This document shows, piece by piece, positions 31,044 to 44,565 of a stretch of 64,000 nucleotides of DNA (position 1 is the stretch's first letter; each line of letters starts with the position of its first letter). The DNA is from Octopus sinensis. Taxonomy: Eukaryota. Under the pieces are notes generated by a model. The model was not told where the DNA came from. It saw only the letters and a list, made by a program, of their open reading frames with translations, and did not search any database. The stretch is from the NCBI RefSeq assembly GCF_006345805.1, contig NC_043010.1, forward strand, positions 19,158,001 to 19,222,000, given 5' to 3'. Position numbers and translations under genes: made by a program.

Positions 31044-31283
31044 TAAAGTATAGAAGCCATCTTATCATGGCTAACCACATAGGGGAGGGGGTGTTACTGT
31101 AGCTTTATAGCCCCAAGAGATCGTCGTCTCTAGCTGGCTTTAGACACCATATCAGTGCCCTTGAAGTATTTGCAAAGGGAGGCCATCCCTTAGCTAGAGA
31201 CGACGATCTCTTGGGGCTATAAAGCTACAGTAACACCCCCTCCCCTATGTGGTTAACCATGATAAGATGGCTTCTATACTTTA
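31044..31283. mobile_element. Young MITE: ~92-bp TIRs, 56-bp spacer
   Basis: 31044-31135 is the reverse complement of 31192-31283 with one mismatch. Confidence 0.92.
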
Positions 31284-31990
31284 TATATATACATATAGGA
31301 TTAAGGTAAAAGTTTTTATTTTTCAATCACTTTCGGAATTACAACAACTGGTGGCTTGGAGTTTTAACTGCTCTTTCTAGCGAGTCAGATATCCTATTCT
31401 TCGGGAATCTCTTTTGTGTTTGAACGTACACTGTATTCTTATATATATATATATATTATACTATATTGTACTTTCTGAGAGTCTACCAGTAATAAAAAGT
31501 AAACAGTGATCATTTAGATTTTTAATTAGTCAATAATTTAAATACTGATTAGTTTTTAAATCCTTCTCCAGATAATTAAGGAAGCCAAAGTTGCGTGACG
31601 AATCATTAATTAAGTGATTAATTAATTAATTAATTCAACAGAATTAAACTATAATCATTAAAGAATGCCTCTTCCAAGTTACGTTAGTAGTTGTTTCAAT
31701 AAACGCTTTGACATCAAGAATTTTGCAAAGCAAATTGAAAACATTCGCACACACATAAATGTCATACATACGCATGTGTCTGTACATACACACACACGCA
31801 CATACATACATACATACATTCACACATACATACAAACATATGTATATATATTTCAAAAATTTAACAAAAAAACAACAAACGGAAAATTTTTACAAAACAG
31901 CACGATAGCGATTTCACTGAGCCGACCTTGGTGTTTTACTCGTTAAGAATCGGAATTGCTTGAATCTTAAAATTTAAACACACGCATACG

Positions 31991-32089
<99 letters not shown>

Positions 32090-32656
32090 ACACGCACACA
32101 CACATGTATGTATGTATGTACGTACGTATGTATGTATGTATGTATGTATGTATGTATGTATGTATGTATGGGGACATAGAAATAATCGGACTGAATACCC
32201 GATCGCGCGGTTAAAGCATTGGGAGTGAAGGACTCCTAGCCTTTGTTAGGGCATCCTTCTAGGAGAAGGTAACTCAGGTAACTGGGATAACTCCGACATA
32301 AAACCTGCGGCTCAGCGGTTAACGATGATGTTGACTTGTTCTTCTTTTCGGATTATGGCTGCTGTTGCTTAGTGAGTGGGATTGACTCAGTGCACCGCCT
32401 TTCCTCACTTTAAAAAAAATCTTCTTGCACAAGCATTGCACGATAACAACATTGATTAAGCTTCGTGCAATGACCATACTCGATAACGAGGGGGCAGCCA
32501 CCATGTACGTATACATACTTTTTATACGCCCAGGCCTATTCCTCATTTTTTTAGGAAGATGTAACCACAACAAGACACACCAGGAATTCCATTCATTTCC
32601 CAGCTCAAAGAGGTGAGCCCCGTTCTATGCTCGGGTCAAAGCATAGAACGCAACCA

Positions 32657-32730
<74 letters not shown>

Positions 32731-32942
32731 TATAGTTGGAATTTACAAAAACCAAAACAAAAGACAAAGACGGGTGTGTAAACAACAAACAGATGTATTT
32801 GTTTAGCGCTCGGGAAGTGAAAAAGTCTTTTACATTTCGAGCCTACGCTTTTCGACAGAAAGGAACACAGAAATAAGCAGAGAGAGAGAAAGAGAAAATA
32901 AAAAAAGGTTTTCGTTCGCGATCAATCATGGTGATCAATCTG

Positions 32943-32985
<43 letters not shown>

Positions 32986-32999
32986 ATATATATGCATAT

Positions 33000-33800
33000 A
33001 TGGGACGTCACCAACTGTGTAAACAACATGAAGTACGAAAGCAAATAAGTTAAATACGCAGACAACGAGAGAAAGAAATGGAAGACAGGACAAGTAACAC
33101 AAAGAACGACCTTTCATCAGTTGTCGGCTGTCTGTCTACTCCTCATTTCGAGCATTCAATGACAATATGTATCTTCGAAGACAGTTGCTCCCATAAATTC
33201 CCAAATAAAATTTTGGATTTATGGGAGAGGGGGTCAAAGTTGGGAACAAAAACACGACAGTGGAGACATACAAAGAAACTGAACGAAAACAAACATGGAT
33301 GTTTGTTAGACCAGAACGAGAGGAGAATAGTGAACGCTGGGAGAAATATTTTCTTTGGAAAGAGAAAAGATAGAAGAGAGACATAGAAGACATCCAGTCC
33401 TTACAACGTCGTGCAAGAAAAGAAAGATGGTCACGTGAGGAAACGAAAGATGGTCGAGGGTCACGTGTGAGCAACGAGAGAGAAAAAGAGAAAGAGGGAG
33501 AGAGAGACAGGTAGAAAACAGTGAAGGGGAGAAAATGGGAAAGATGGGGGAGAAAACAGTATAGAGTAGAGTCACATCAAAAAGGTTAAGGTAAACTTAC
33601 TTGGAAATGGATGCGTGGCGTTATGGAAGCGATTGTCTTCCGAGACCCATATCGTCGTTGAATGCTCGAAATGAAGAGTAGGTAGACAGCCGACAACTGA
33701 TGAAGGGTCGTTCTTTGTGTTACTTGTCCTGTTTTCATTTTTCTCTCGTTTGTTTTCATACTTCATGATGTTTATACAGCCGGTGACGTCCTGTATCCAT
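33000..33800. mobile_element. Two inverted ~190-bp copies of a Penelope-like fragment
   Basis: The same peptide RTSNTKND.SSVVGCL appears on opposite strands (ORFs 33078+ and 33572-). Confidence 0.7.
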
Positions 33801-33823
33801 ATATGCATATATATATATATTCA

Positions 33824-33868
<45 letters not shown>

Positions 33869-33945
33869 AATTTATACACACACACACACATATATATATA
33901 TAAATATATATATACATATATATGCATATATATATATATAATATA

Positions 33946-33998
<53 letters not shown>

Positions 33999-34039
33999 GT
34001 ATGTATGTAAGTATGTATGTATATATATATACACACACA

Positions 34040-34659
34040 CACGTCAGCCATTTGGTGCATAATATCATTGGAAACATGGTCGTTACAGGATATCGGATAT
34101 ATTTTCCTCGGGTTTCTTGTGTGAAAAGCTGCAAAGTCCAACCCTCACTTCAACGAGATCCAGCAGCAGACCTGATATAATGATTTAGGATAGAGAAAAG
34201 AAACTGTGCACAGTTGTGGAAATTAGCTGCCCAGCGGATGTCAGCATAAAGCTGAAGACCAGTGAAAAAGCGAACACCTGAACTTTGAGAAAGCTGCAGA
34301 TAATCTAACCAGATTACAAGTTCAGGTTTATACCTGTAATTATTGGGGCACTGGAATGCCTAAATACCAATCTTGAAAGTTTAGGTTTCTTAAAACCAGA
34401 AAGGAGAAAGCTAATTCGAAGACTACAGATCTAAGCCGTCACTGGAACTGTAAAAATCTGTAAAACTTTCTAGAAGTTTATCATTTAAGTATATATGAGG
34501 ATGTCTAGATATGCAACTATATGCACGAGAGTACAAACATAAAGCAAAACATACAAATCTGCACATCTACATACATACATACATACATACATACATACAT
34601 ACATACGTGCATACATGCATGCATGCATGCATGCATGCATACATACATACATACATAAA

Positions 34660-34692
<33 letters not shown>

Positions 34693-35065
34693 GCATACAT
34701 ACATGCATGCATGCACACATACATAGAAGTTGCACAACTTTACTGCAGCATATCAGATGAAAGGATGAGTATATATCAGCAGGAACCCATGCATGGATAT
34801 GTTAACAGAAAGCTCCAAGATGGTAAAAACATTGATGGTCAAAGCAGTCTATTGTGGATCAACAATTGGATCACTATCTCTCACTTTGAAGTGATTGCGT
34901 TTGCGATGCACGAACCAGAAATAGCTACCAAATTCCTGATGCACAAAAGGCTTTGACATGCAGAGAAAACATCAAAACCGATGCAGACTTTGTGGAGTCA
35001 ACACTGAAGATATCACCCATATTATAAGCAGTTGTCCGAAAATGCCATCACGATATTATCTTATT
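34040..35065 (+). mobile_element. Scrambled RLE-type LINE remnants (endonuclease ~34140-34490; CCHC knuckle ~34740-35065)
   Basis: PDI...VVEISCPAD...RFIPVIIGAL and CRLCGVNTEDITHIISSCPKM. Confidence 0.8.
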
Positions 35066-35364
35066 TCTTTATTAACCCAGAAGGAGCTAAACATAGAGGG
35101 GACAAACAAGGACAAATGGAGTAAGTCGATTACATCGACCCCAGTGCATAACTGGTACTTAATTTATCGACTCCGAATGGATAAAAGGCAAAGTCGACCT
35201 CGATTATCTACTGACTGAACATGTTGTGGACTAGACCCTGTAAAATAAGATTCGTGGGAAGGATAATCCTGGGACGAAAGGATACAAGAACCCACTGTGC
35301 GTAGAGTCTATAACCATCCATGAAATGAAAGAGCTCTGATTGCGAAAACCTAATTAAGATTCTT

Positions 35365-36356
35365 TTATTCTTTTATTTGTTTCAGTCATTTGACTGCGTC
35401 CATGCTGGAGTACCGCCTTTAGTCGAACAAATCGATACCAGGACTTATCTTTTTAAAGCCAAGTATTTATTCTATCGGCCTCTTTTGCCGAACTACCAAG
35501 TTACGGGGACGTAAACAAACTAACATCGGTTATCAAACGATGGTGAGGGGACAAACACAGACACACATATACGACGGGCTTCTTTCAGTTTCCGTCTACC
35601 AAATCCACTCACAAGGTTTTGGTTGGTCCGAGGCTATAGTAGAAGACACTTGCCCAAGGCGCCATACAGTAGGACTGAACCCGGAACCATGTGGTTGGTA
35701 TGCAAGCTACTTACCACACAGCCACTCCTGCTAATATGCTGATATTTGTTATCGTTTAATCAGCTATTCCGCTTCTGGTTCTCAGAACCCCAATTTCTCA
35801 AGATTGATACTGAGACAGTTTGTTACAAAACCCAGTACCCCAATAACCACGGGTATAAATCTGAATTTGTAGTCCGGGTGACGTCGTATGCTAATATGAC
35901 AGAGCAGATATAGTGATTTGGGACGGAGAAGAGAAACTACGAACAGTAGTGGGAACCAGTTGCTCGGCAGATGTCAGCAGAAAGCTAAAGATCTGAGTGA
36001 AAAAGAAAACACGAGTAATGTGCAACGACGTCACACGGACGTCAAGTTTAGATTTATACCCGTGGTTATTGGGGCACTGGGTTTTGTAAAGAACTGTCCC
36101 AGGATCAATCTTGAGAAATTAGGGTTCCCTGAACCAGAAGCAAAATGGATAATTAAACGATAATAAATACAAGCCATCAATGAAACTATCTAGGCGTAGG
36201 AGTGGGTGTGTGGTGAGTAGCTTGCTTACCAACCACATGGTTCCAGGTTCAGTCCCACTGCGTGGCACCTTGGGCAAGTCTCTTCCACTATAGCCTCGGA
36301 CCGACCAAAGCCTTGTGAGTGGATTTGGTAGACGGAAACTGAAAGAAGGTCGTCGA

Positions 36357-36399
<43 letters not shown>

Positions 36400-36630
36400 C
36401 ATGTGTGTGTGTGTATGTTTGTGTGTCTGTGTTTGTTCCCCCCCACCACCAACATCGCTTGACAACCGATGCTGGTGTGTTTACGTCCCCGTAACTTAAC
36501 GGTTCGGCAAAAAGGGACTGATAGAATAAGTACTAGGCTTACAAAGAATAAGTCCTGGGGGTAGATTTGCTCGACTAAAGGCGGTGCTCCAGCATGGCCA
36601 CGGTCAACTGATTGAAACAAGTAAAAGAGG
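35365..36630. repeat. Inverted composite: SINE(-)+LINE(-) | spacer | LINE(+)+SINE(+)
   Basis: 35745-35888 is the reverse complement (~80% by eye) of 36023-36170, each joined outward to a CORE SINE. Confidence 0.75.
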
Positions 36631-36734
36631 GTAAAGAGATATGTAAAACTTTCGAAAAGTCTAGCATATAAGCAGAAATGCACATGTCTGGTCATGAAAC
36701 TATAGGTATGGGTAATCATACACCAAATGAAAAA

Positions 36735-37230
36735 AATACTTATCTGAACATACCCTGAATTCAAATAAAACATACATATCAGAATTCTGTTATAATATAA
36801 CACACTCGCCGGTAAAATTTCCACTTTTTTCTTATTTTTATTTTCCTAAAATTTTCGTTGCGTAGACAAAACTATTGAAAAGGCTGCTAGACGCAATGAA
36901 ATTTTTAGGAAAATAAAAATAACAAATAAGTGGAAATTTTACCGGTGAGTGTGTTACATTGTAAGGCACAAAAAGAAAATGACTCTCCCCAGACACAACA
37001 GAATATGCTTCAACACACGAAATCATATAAAAAATCTTGCAAACCAAATCCCAAAACGAAATATATATCAGAACATACCCTGAATTCAGACACTGCACAC
37101 ATACACCGAAACATGCAAATACCCTGTTGATAATGAAATTCCGATGAAGGAAACCAACTGTTTTGATCATTGGCCAGAAATTTAGAAATAAAAACGAATA
37201 ATGACATAGATACATTCATACATAGTACGT
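36735..37230. mobile_element. Rearranged repeat with central palindrome 36793-36960 (Penelope-like)
   Basis: ~70-bp inverted arms; homologous inverted copy at 40431-40680; CCGATGAAGG...GAAA at 37141. Confidence 0.6.
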
Positions 37231-37984
37231 TCTCACATGGTACACACATACATTCATACAAACATACGTACATACATACGTGCGTACGTACGTAGTACAT
37301 ACATACATCTGCTTCGGTAGGTGGACAGACGCTGTATAAACTCTAAAATGACGCCCTGAACCATTAAATACTCCCCACACATCAACAGACTTCGCCTACG
37401 ACACATAAAAGAATATTTCATGACATTAAAAATAATAACAGCAATAACAATGAAAACCATAAGAAATTTAGAAATAATATGCAACAATGTTACTCAGAGA
37501 CAGTGCAGAAACGAACTTTGGTACTCTCTCTTCGTTCTTACTTTATTATTCCACTTGTCAGGACTTCGTGATTTTCTAAATTTAAAACGCAAAACACTTT
37601 TTTTTTAAAGTTTTGTCTTTTGGCGGGCTCAGAGATCGTTTTCAAACAGAACAATAATTTATATCTCTGGGTTCTTTTCTTTTCTTCTTTGTTGCAGTCA
37701 ATACGTGAATGAATTTCATGGCATGAAGTGGCTTTATGCATTTCTTTTCCTTTTCGTTTCTTTTCTTTTTCTTTTTTTTTTTTAAATATAATTCCATAAT
37801 TCCTACACGACAGATTCCTTAAGGCAATTTCTGTTCAACAGTCGATGCGATGAAAAAGAAAATAAGACAAAACAATACAAGTGATATTGTTTTTTACATG
37901 TCTGCGCGCGCGAGTGTGTATGCATACATACATACGTACAGGCACACACACATACACACACATACATACATATGTGTATATGTG

Positions 37985-38029
<45 letters not shown>

Positions 38030-38404
38030 GCGTATACATATATATATGTATGTATGTATAAATACACACATATATACGTATGTGTGTATTTATTTATTTA
38101 TGCTAGTGAAAATGGTTAACTTTGAACACCATTGATTTTTCTTTCCAATTTCAGAAGTTATTGATTTTATTTTCGTATATTTAAGACCTAAAAAATACTA
38201 TTGATAAAATATTTAATGACAAGAGTAGTAGGGATTTATGTATGCACGTACGTACGTGTATATATATATATATATAGGGAAAAGTAAAAAAAATAAACGA
38301 AAATGCACATTGTAAATAAAAAAGTGAAGACTTTTTATGAAAAATAACGAAACTGTGGAACATGCCCCCACCTTTTGGAAGGTTCAGAATTCCATTTTAA
38401 ATAA

Positions 38405-38725
38405 GGTGAACTATTTAAGATCAAATCAAATTTCACCTGTGCCTCGGAAAATCTAATCTATGCCATGACATGCTTAGGATGTGGTAACAACTATATTGGG
38501 CAAACAGGAATATCACTCCGTCGAAGAACCACTATCCACAAAGAACAAATCCGCCACCTACAATACAGACTGTTACAGGTTAGTGAACACATAGAAAGGT
38601 GTGCTAGGAATCTTAATCCTAATTTCCAAATTTTCAAATTCTATCAATGTTCACAGAACATCTCAATGCAACAAAGAATGAATAAAGAGGCAACTTTCAT
38701 CAATAAATATCTTGAATCTCTTTAA
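38405..38725 (+). mobile_element. GIY-YIG endonuclease of a Penelope-like element (3' fragment)
   Basis: FKIKSNFTCASENLIYAMTCLGCGNNYIGQTGISLRRRTTIHKEQIRH... Confidence 0.88.
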
Positions 38726-38914
38726 TAATCTCACAATGACTTTTATTACTTTTATTCCTACCTCAGTTCATCTAATTGTATATATCTTTCGGTATTTTTC
38801 ATAAAAAGCCTTTGCATTTTTATTTACAATGTGCATTTTCGTTTATTTTTCTTACTTTCCCCTTACATTACCATGTGTAGTTTCTATTTTCTTTTTGTAA
38901 CATATTTCTATTAT

Positions 38915-38965
<51 letters not shown>

Positions 38966-38966
<1 letters not shown>

Positions 38967-39302
38967 TAACTATTACGATATAGAATATGAAGACTTGTCC
39001 ATCCTCAAACTTTATATTCTCTTATAATTTCATACGGCATATTTTTATGCCGTATTTCCATTGAACAATGCACAGGCAGCTTCACATGCAACCGCGCATG
39101 ACTTTCTGTGCAACTTCTTCAGGGTCTGTAGAATCTACACGCAAAATCATGCCCAGTTACATATGTAACTGTCCGTACTTTGGCAATGGAAACACGTGTA
39201 GGTCGTAACAACCATAAAAAGTATGCTGTATGAAATTATGAAATCAGGGAAAATAAATTTTGAGGATGAATAAGTCTCCATATTCTATATCGTTATAATT
39301 AT
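38966..39302. mobile_element. Older MITE with ~80-bp imperfect TIRs
   Basis: ACGATATAGAATATG...CATATTCTATATCGT arms. Confidence 0.75.
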
Positions 39303-39544
39303 TGCTAATTTACATTTCAGATTGTATTACCGTCCAGAGAAGCGAACACGGAATTACACATCGGAGGAACTTACTGCATGAGTGTAATGGTAGTCATAGA
39401 CGTTAAATCAATGCGGTTAGCCGTAACGTGGAACATAACTGAGAGCCACCACGGTATCCACCCGGATGATATATCCCTCCATGCTTACACACACATACAT
39501 GCATGCATACATACTTACATACACACACATACTGTGTGTGTATG

Positions 39545-39576
<32 letters not shown>

Positions 39577-40204
39577 TGTATGTATGTATGTATGTATGTA
39601 TGTATGTATGTATGTATGTATGTATGTATTATAGGAGTGAGACAATACCCATGACCCTTTCACTCCCTCCCAGACTCGGGAGATTGAACTGACAGGTGAC
39701 AAGGTGAATGCCTTGAGGAATTCATGCAACAAAGTGAATGCTGCAAAATGCATCTCCAAATACAATTGCTGCTGTTGTTGTTGCTGTTGTTGCTGTTGCT
39801 GCAGCTGCTGTTGTCGTTTGGCTCCAGCTCTGATCTGATTGAGCAGTCCTACGTCACACGGTTACTTGGCTGGACAAATACGTGTGACCCACCGTTGCAC
39901 CTTTCTAATTATGCTAATTACCGCCTTAGCGAGGGCCATACTGCACACTCCGACACCCAGTCATTAAACGTATGAGGTGGGGGCGTGTCTGGGTGGATAT
40001 GTTACTCTGTCTCCGCCACCCACAATCAGGAAAAAGAAATAGAAAAAAGAGAGACAAAAGATGTTTTGCCGAAAGTAGCAAGTGTATGGGGTCATCAGGA
40101 GAGAATGCGCGCCATTTCGGGGCCTACCCCTCGACAGCACCATTACGCACTGGCCCACCTCTCTGATATGAGGCCCCGCTTGCTAGATCAACTGGTTATC
40201 AAAT

Positions 40205-40410
40205 AAAGCTCAATATTCTTCTAGCCATCGCTCATCGTCTCTTTTTAACCAAATCCAGTGGTTAGGCTTTTTCACTGTAGTTTGGATATTGGTCATGGTG
40301 GTATTGACTTTACGATGAGTAAGGCCTAACGATAACAACAGTCGTCTCACACTGTGTCCAACAAACCCTGCAGCAAAGAAGAAGGATTCCATCAACCGAA
40401 AGAAAATAAG
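40205..40410 (-). mobile_element. HERO-like RLE LINE C-terminal remnant
   Basis: GFVGHSVRRLLLSLGL...HWIWLKRDDERWLEEY*. Confidence 0.65.
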
Positions 40411-41699
40411 TGACAAACATTGAGAACGTATTTCGTTTCTGGAGTTGGTTTGCAAGATTCTTTATATGAGTTCGTGTGTTGAAGCATATTCTGTTGTGTC
40501 TGGGGAGAGTCATTTTCTATTTGTGCCTTATAATGTAACACACTCACCGGTAAAATTTCCACTTATTTGTTATTTTAATTTTCCTAAAATGTTCGTTGCG
40601 TCTTGCAACCTTTTCAATAGTCTTGAATGTGTTACATTATAAGGCACAAAAAGAAAATGACTCTCCCCAGACACAACAGAATTGAGAACGTAAACAACAG
40701 AGATTGACCGAACACAGGCAAATATAAGAAGGTCATGCTTGTCATAGAATCACTTCTGTGAAGAAACGAAACCGTCCTGCGGCTTTCAGTTGTAGTGATG
40801 TCTTGTTGTATACACTCCACCGCCCAATACAATAATCAGATTATTTTTTTATCTATTGACAAAGTTTTTATATATTGACAAAGTTAATTTACATAAAATC
40901 TCTAAATTCATTCACTCCCGCGCATATACACTTACATCTACATCTACACACACACACACACACACACACATGAATACACTTATATCCACCTCTACAAAGA
41001 CACACACACACACACATTTATGAATGTGTGTGAATGGAAATGTAGAGTTGATTGATGTGAATAATATTAATGGAAACATACGTGTGTTTAGCAATGGAAT
41101 GATGTACAGACTTTTTTGCGCGCGCACGCGAGAAAGAGAGAGAACGGGCGAAGCCTTAGACGCACACAAAGGCAGAATAGGTACGTGTGTATGTCCGTGT
41201 GCGCACGTTTGTGTGCGTGTAGGTGTGTGAGTGGTAGTGTCTCTGAGTGCATGCCTGTATGTGTGCTTGGATACATGGCTAGGTACACGTGTGAATGCTT
41301 CTTTTAAGACACACACACACACACACAGCTCACGATATATTCTTTTATTCTTTTATTCTTTTAAAAAAGAATAATTCTTTCAGTCATTTGACTACGGCCA
41401 TGCTGGAGCACTGCCTTTGGTCGAAAAAATCGACCCCAAGACTTATTTTTAAGTCCATCGTTTTTTTACTGAACCGCTAAGTTACGGGGACGTAACCACA
41501 CCAACATCGATTGCTAAGTGATGGTGGGTGGGACAAACACAAACACAAATACATACATCCACACACACACACACACATACATATATGTGCTTGCCCTAAG
41601 TGTCACGCAGTGGGACCTGAACCCAGAACCGTGTAGTTGGGAGGCAAGCTTCTACCACATAGCCACGCCTGCGCCTGTACATAATTTTAGTGGATGTGT

Positions 41700-41723
41700 A
41701 CTTGTAAGCAAAAAGTGCATGTA

Positions 41724-41766
<43 letters not shown>

Positions 41767-42150
41767 ACACGCATACACATATACACATGTAGGCATGGTC
41801 GCAAGTGATTACTCATGTGAAGGGAAAATTGATTGCAACATGCCAACGCACTTGCTGCGTGTGAGCGAGGTTTTAATAATTCAGAGTGCGTCTGCCTTTC
41901 ATAATTTCTTCTGTCTAAGCAGAGTAAAGAATGGCAGAAATATTCATACACAAACGCCGCCCTCCCCCCTTCTCCCCCACATACATACATACATATATAT
42001 ACATATACATATATATATATATATACATACATATAAATATACACACATATATATATACATTCATATATATATATATATACCTACATATACATACACACAG
42101 TCATACATATACACATACATATATATATATATGTGCATATATATACATAT

Positions 42151-42205
<55 letters not shown>

Positions 42206-42250
42206 CAGATACACATATACATATATATATATATATGTATATATATATAT

Positions 42251-42282
<32 letters not shown>

Positions 42283-42298
42283 CATATTTATATGTGTA

Positions 42299-42385
<87 letters not shown>

Positions 42386-42694
42386 ATGTATTATGTATAT
42401 ATTATATATATGTATGTATACGTATTATATATGTATATATGTGTGTGTATGCATGTTTATACACACATATATATTATATTGCATACACACACACACAAAC
42501 ACGTGTGTGTGTGTAATAGTTGAATGTATGCGTGTGAGGGAGAACGTGACTGTATGCGTACCTCGGCTTATGGCTGAAGCATCATTTCAAGAGGTCCTCC
42601 ACTCTGACTGTCGCGAGGAGATGATTGCAGGGACTAATAAGCGATCGAGCGCGTCAAGATATAATGTCCACGTAGACACTCACACGCACACTCA

Positions 42695-42772
<78 letters not shown>

Positions 42773-42919
42773 GACACATACACACACATGTACGTACGCA
42801 CGCACGCACGCATGCATGCATACTCAAACACACGCACGCACACAGACAGACACACACACTCAAATATACATATTCGTAGATTTAAACATACATTATACAT
42901 TTGTCTGTCTGTCTATCTG

Positions 42920-42988
<69 letters not shown>

Positions 42989-42990
42989 TG
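41700..42990. repeat. Compound microsatellite field (CA, TA, TATG, CTAT)
   Basis: Direct reading; similar fields at 29050-30050, 33800-34040, 52570-53160, 55050-55500, 59380-59720, 62160-62250. Confidence 0.95.
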
Positions 42991-43673
42991 TTTCAGTCAT
43001 TAGACTGCGGCCATGCTGGGGCACCGCCTTGAAAAATTTCTTAGTCGACCAGAGTACTTTTTTAAAAACTTAGTACGTATTCTATCGGTTTTTTTTGCCG
43101 AACCGCTAGGCTACGGGGACCTGAACACTCCGATACTGGTTGTCAAGTGGGGAACAACCACAGACCCTCCCCACACACACACATGTATGCTGTCATTTAC
43201 CGAAGATTACAAATTCGACCTTTATGATGTTCTCTTCATGGAAATGTTGGTCTTTTCGTCAGAAACAATTGTCTGGGAATATGAAATACAAGCATAATCC
43301 ATTTTAGCATCCAATCTGATTCATTTCATTTATTTGATGAAAATTTATTGAACTTTGTTTAATAAATTAGCTTTTATATATATATATATGACGAGGCAAA
43401 GCATTCCTAAATGCAAAGTCAGAAATCCGGGATCTAGAATTATCCAGTAATCTTTTACTAGTTTTATCTTGTCTCTTTGTTTTCTCTCCGTGTTGATATA
43501 TGGACAATTAAAGTGGTTTTAAAGTCAGATCATGGCTGCTATTTTCAGCATGGGGGTATCTCGTAGATTCCCTAATTTATAATTTTAATAATTATTACCT
43601 CTGAAGGTTATTTTTCCATGCTGGCCACTTGATAAAATCGTTATTTTATTTTAAATTAACGATCTTATCCTTA

Positions 43674-43709
<36 letters not shown>

Positions 43710-43747
43710 TGTATGTATGTATGTATGTATGTATGTATGTATGTATG

Positions 43748-43800
<53 letters not shown>

Positions 43801-44517
43801 CTTAATAGAATTAAAGGATAAAATCGCGTTAATGATTATATCAGGTAGTCAGCATGCAATAAAAGTTTATAGGTAATATATATATATTAAGTTAGTAATT
43901 TAAGATCTAGTTGTGTTTCCTCAGGCGATATATGAATATTGTCTATGGGTTTCGAACTTATAAAATACTTCCATCATACCATCATTTCTAACTTTTCAGT
44001 GGCCACACGTAGACAATATTCTGTGAATTCTTCGTTTGATCTCAGAAATCTGAGAAGTTAAGTCATAATTTATTTGAGAAAATAACAGTTTGGAAAGAAT
44101 TCAGCTCTTTCCTAGACACAGTTACTAAAAAGTTCAAATTTTTACCGAGTTTTGGTATAAACTCAATTGAAGTTCCAGAATTTTTCAGGAATCTTGTAAT
44201 GGCGATACATTTCCCCCATTTCTTGCAAAATTCTTTAATAAGGACGTAAGAAGGCTTCCAAAATCTCAAGACAAATCCTATCTTTCTGAGACCCAGTTTC
44301 TCTGCTTGGTGACCCTCTTTCTTCATTCGTCATTTCTTTCAGATCTAATATTTTTCATTCGCAAAACGAGCCCCCTTTAATTTTGCTCAGATTGCTTTCA
44401 GTTTTGGTGTATCGATTCAAAACTGAATTTTAATTACGGTCAACCAATTACTTTATCCCGTAAATTAAAGAATTCGATGTTATTTAGAATTAAAGTTGGG
44501 GAAATTTGGGTAATTTT

Positions 44518-44565
44518 AGCCAATCAACAGACAGCGAAGCATTAACAGCTTGTTACCATGACAAC
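44518..44565. promoter_or_regulatory. Candidate promoter: CCAAT box plus RFX X-box
   Basis: AGCCAATCA at 44518-44526 and GTTACCATGACAAC at 44552-44565 in unique sequence. Confidence 0.45.

Noticed and set aside
41795-43073. 242- and 380-aa YI/HT/CV-rich ORFs, and similar ORFs at 29000-30000, 33800-34700 and 52500-63200
   Set aside because: Dinucleotide and tetranucleotide repeats are stop-free by construction.
44063-44326. 87-aa minus-strand ORF as first exon of a protein gene
   Set aside because: No recognisable homology; splicing to the next island gives a stop after four codons.
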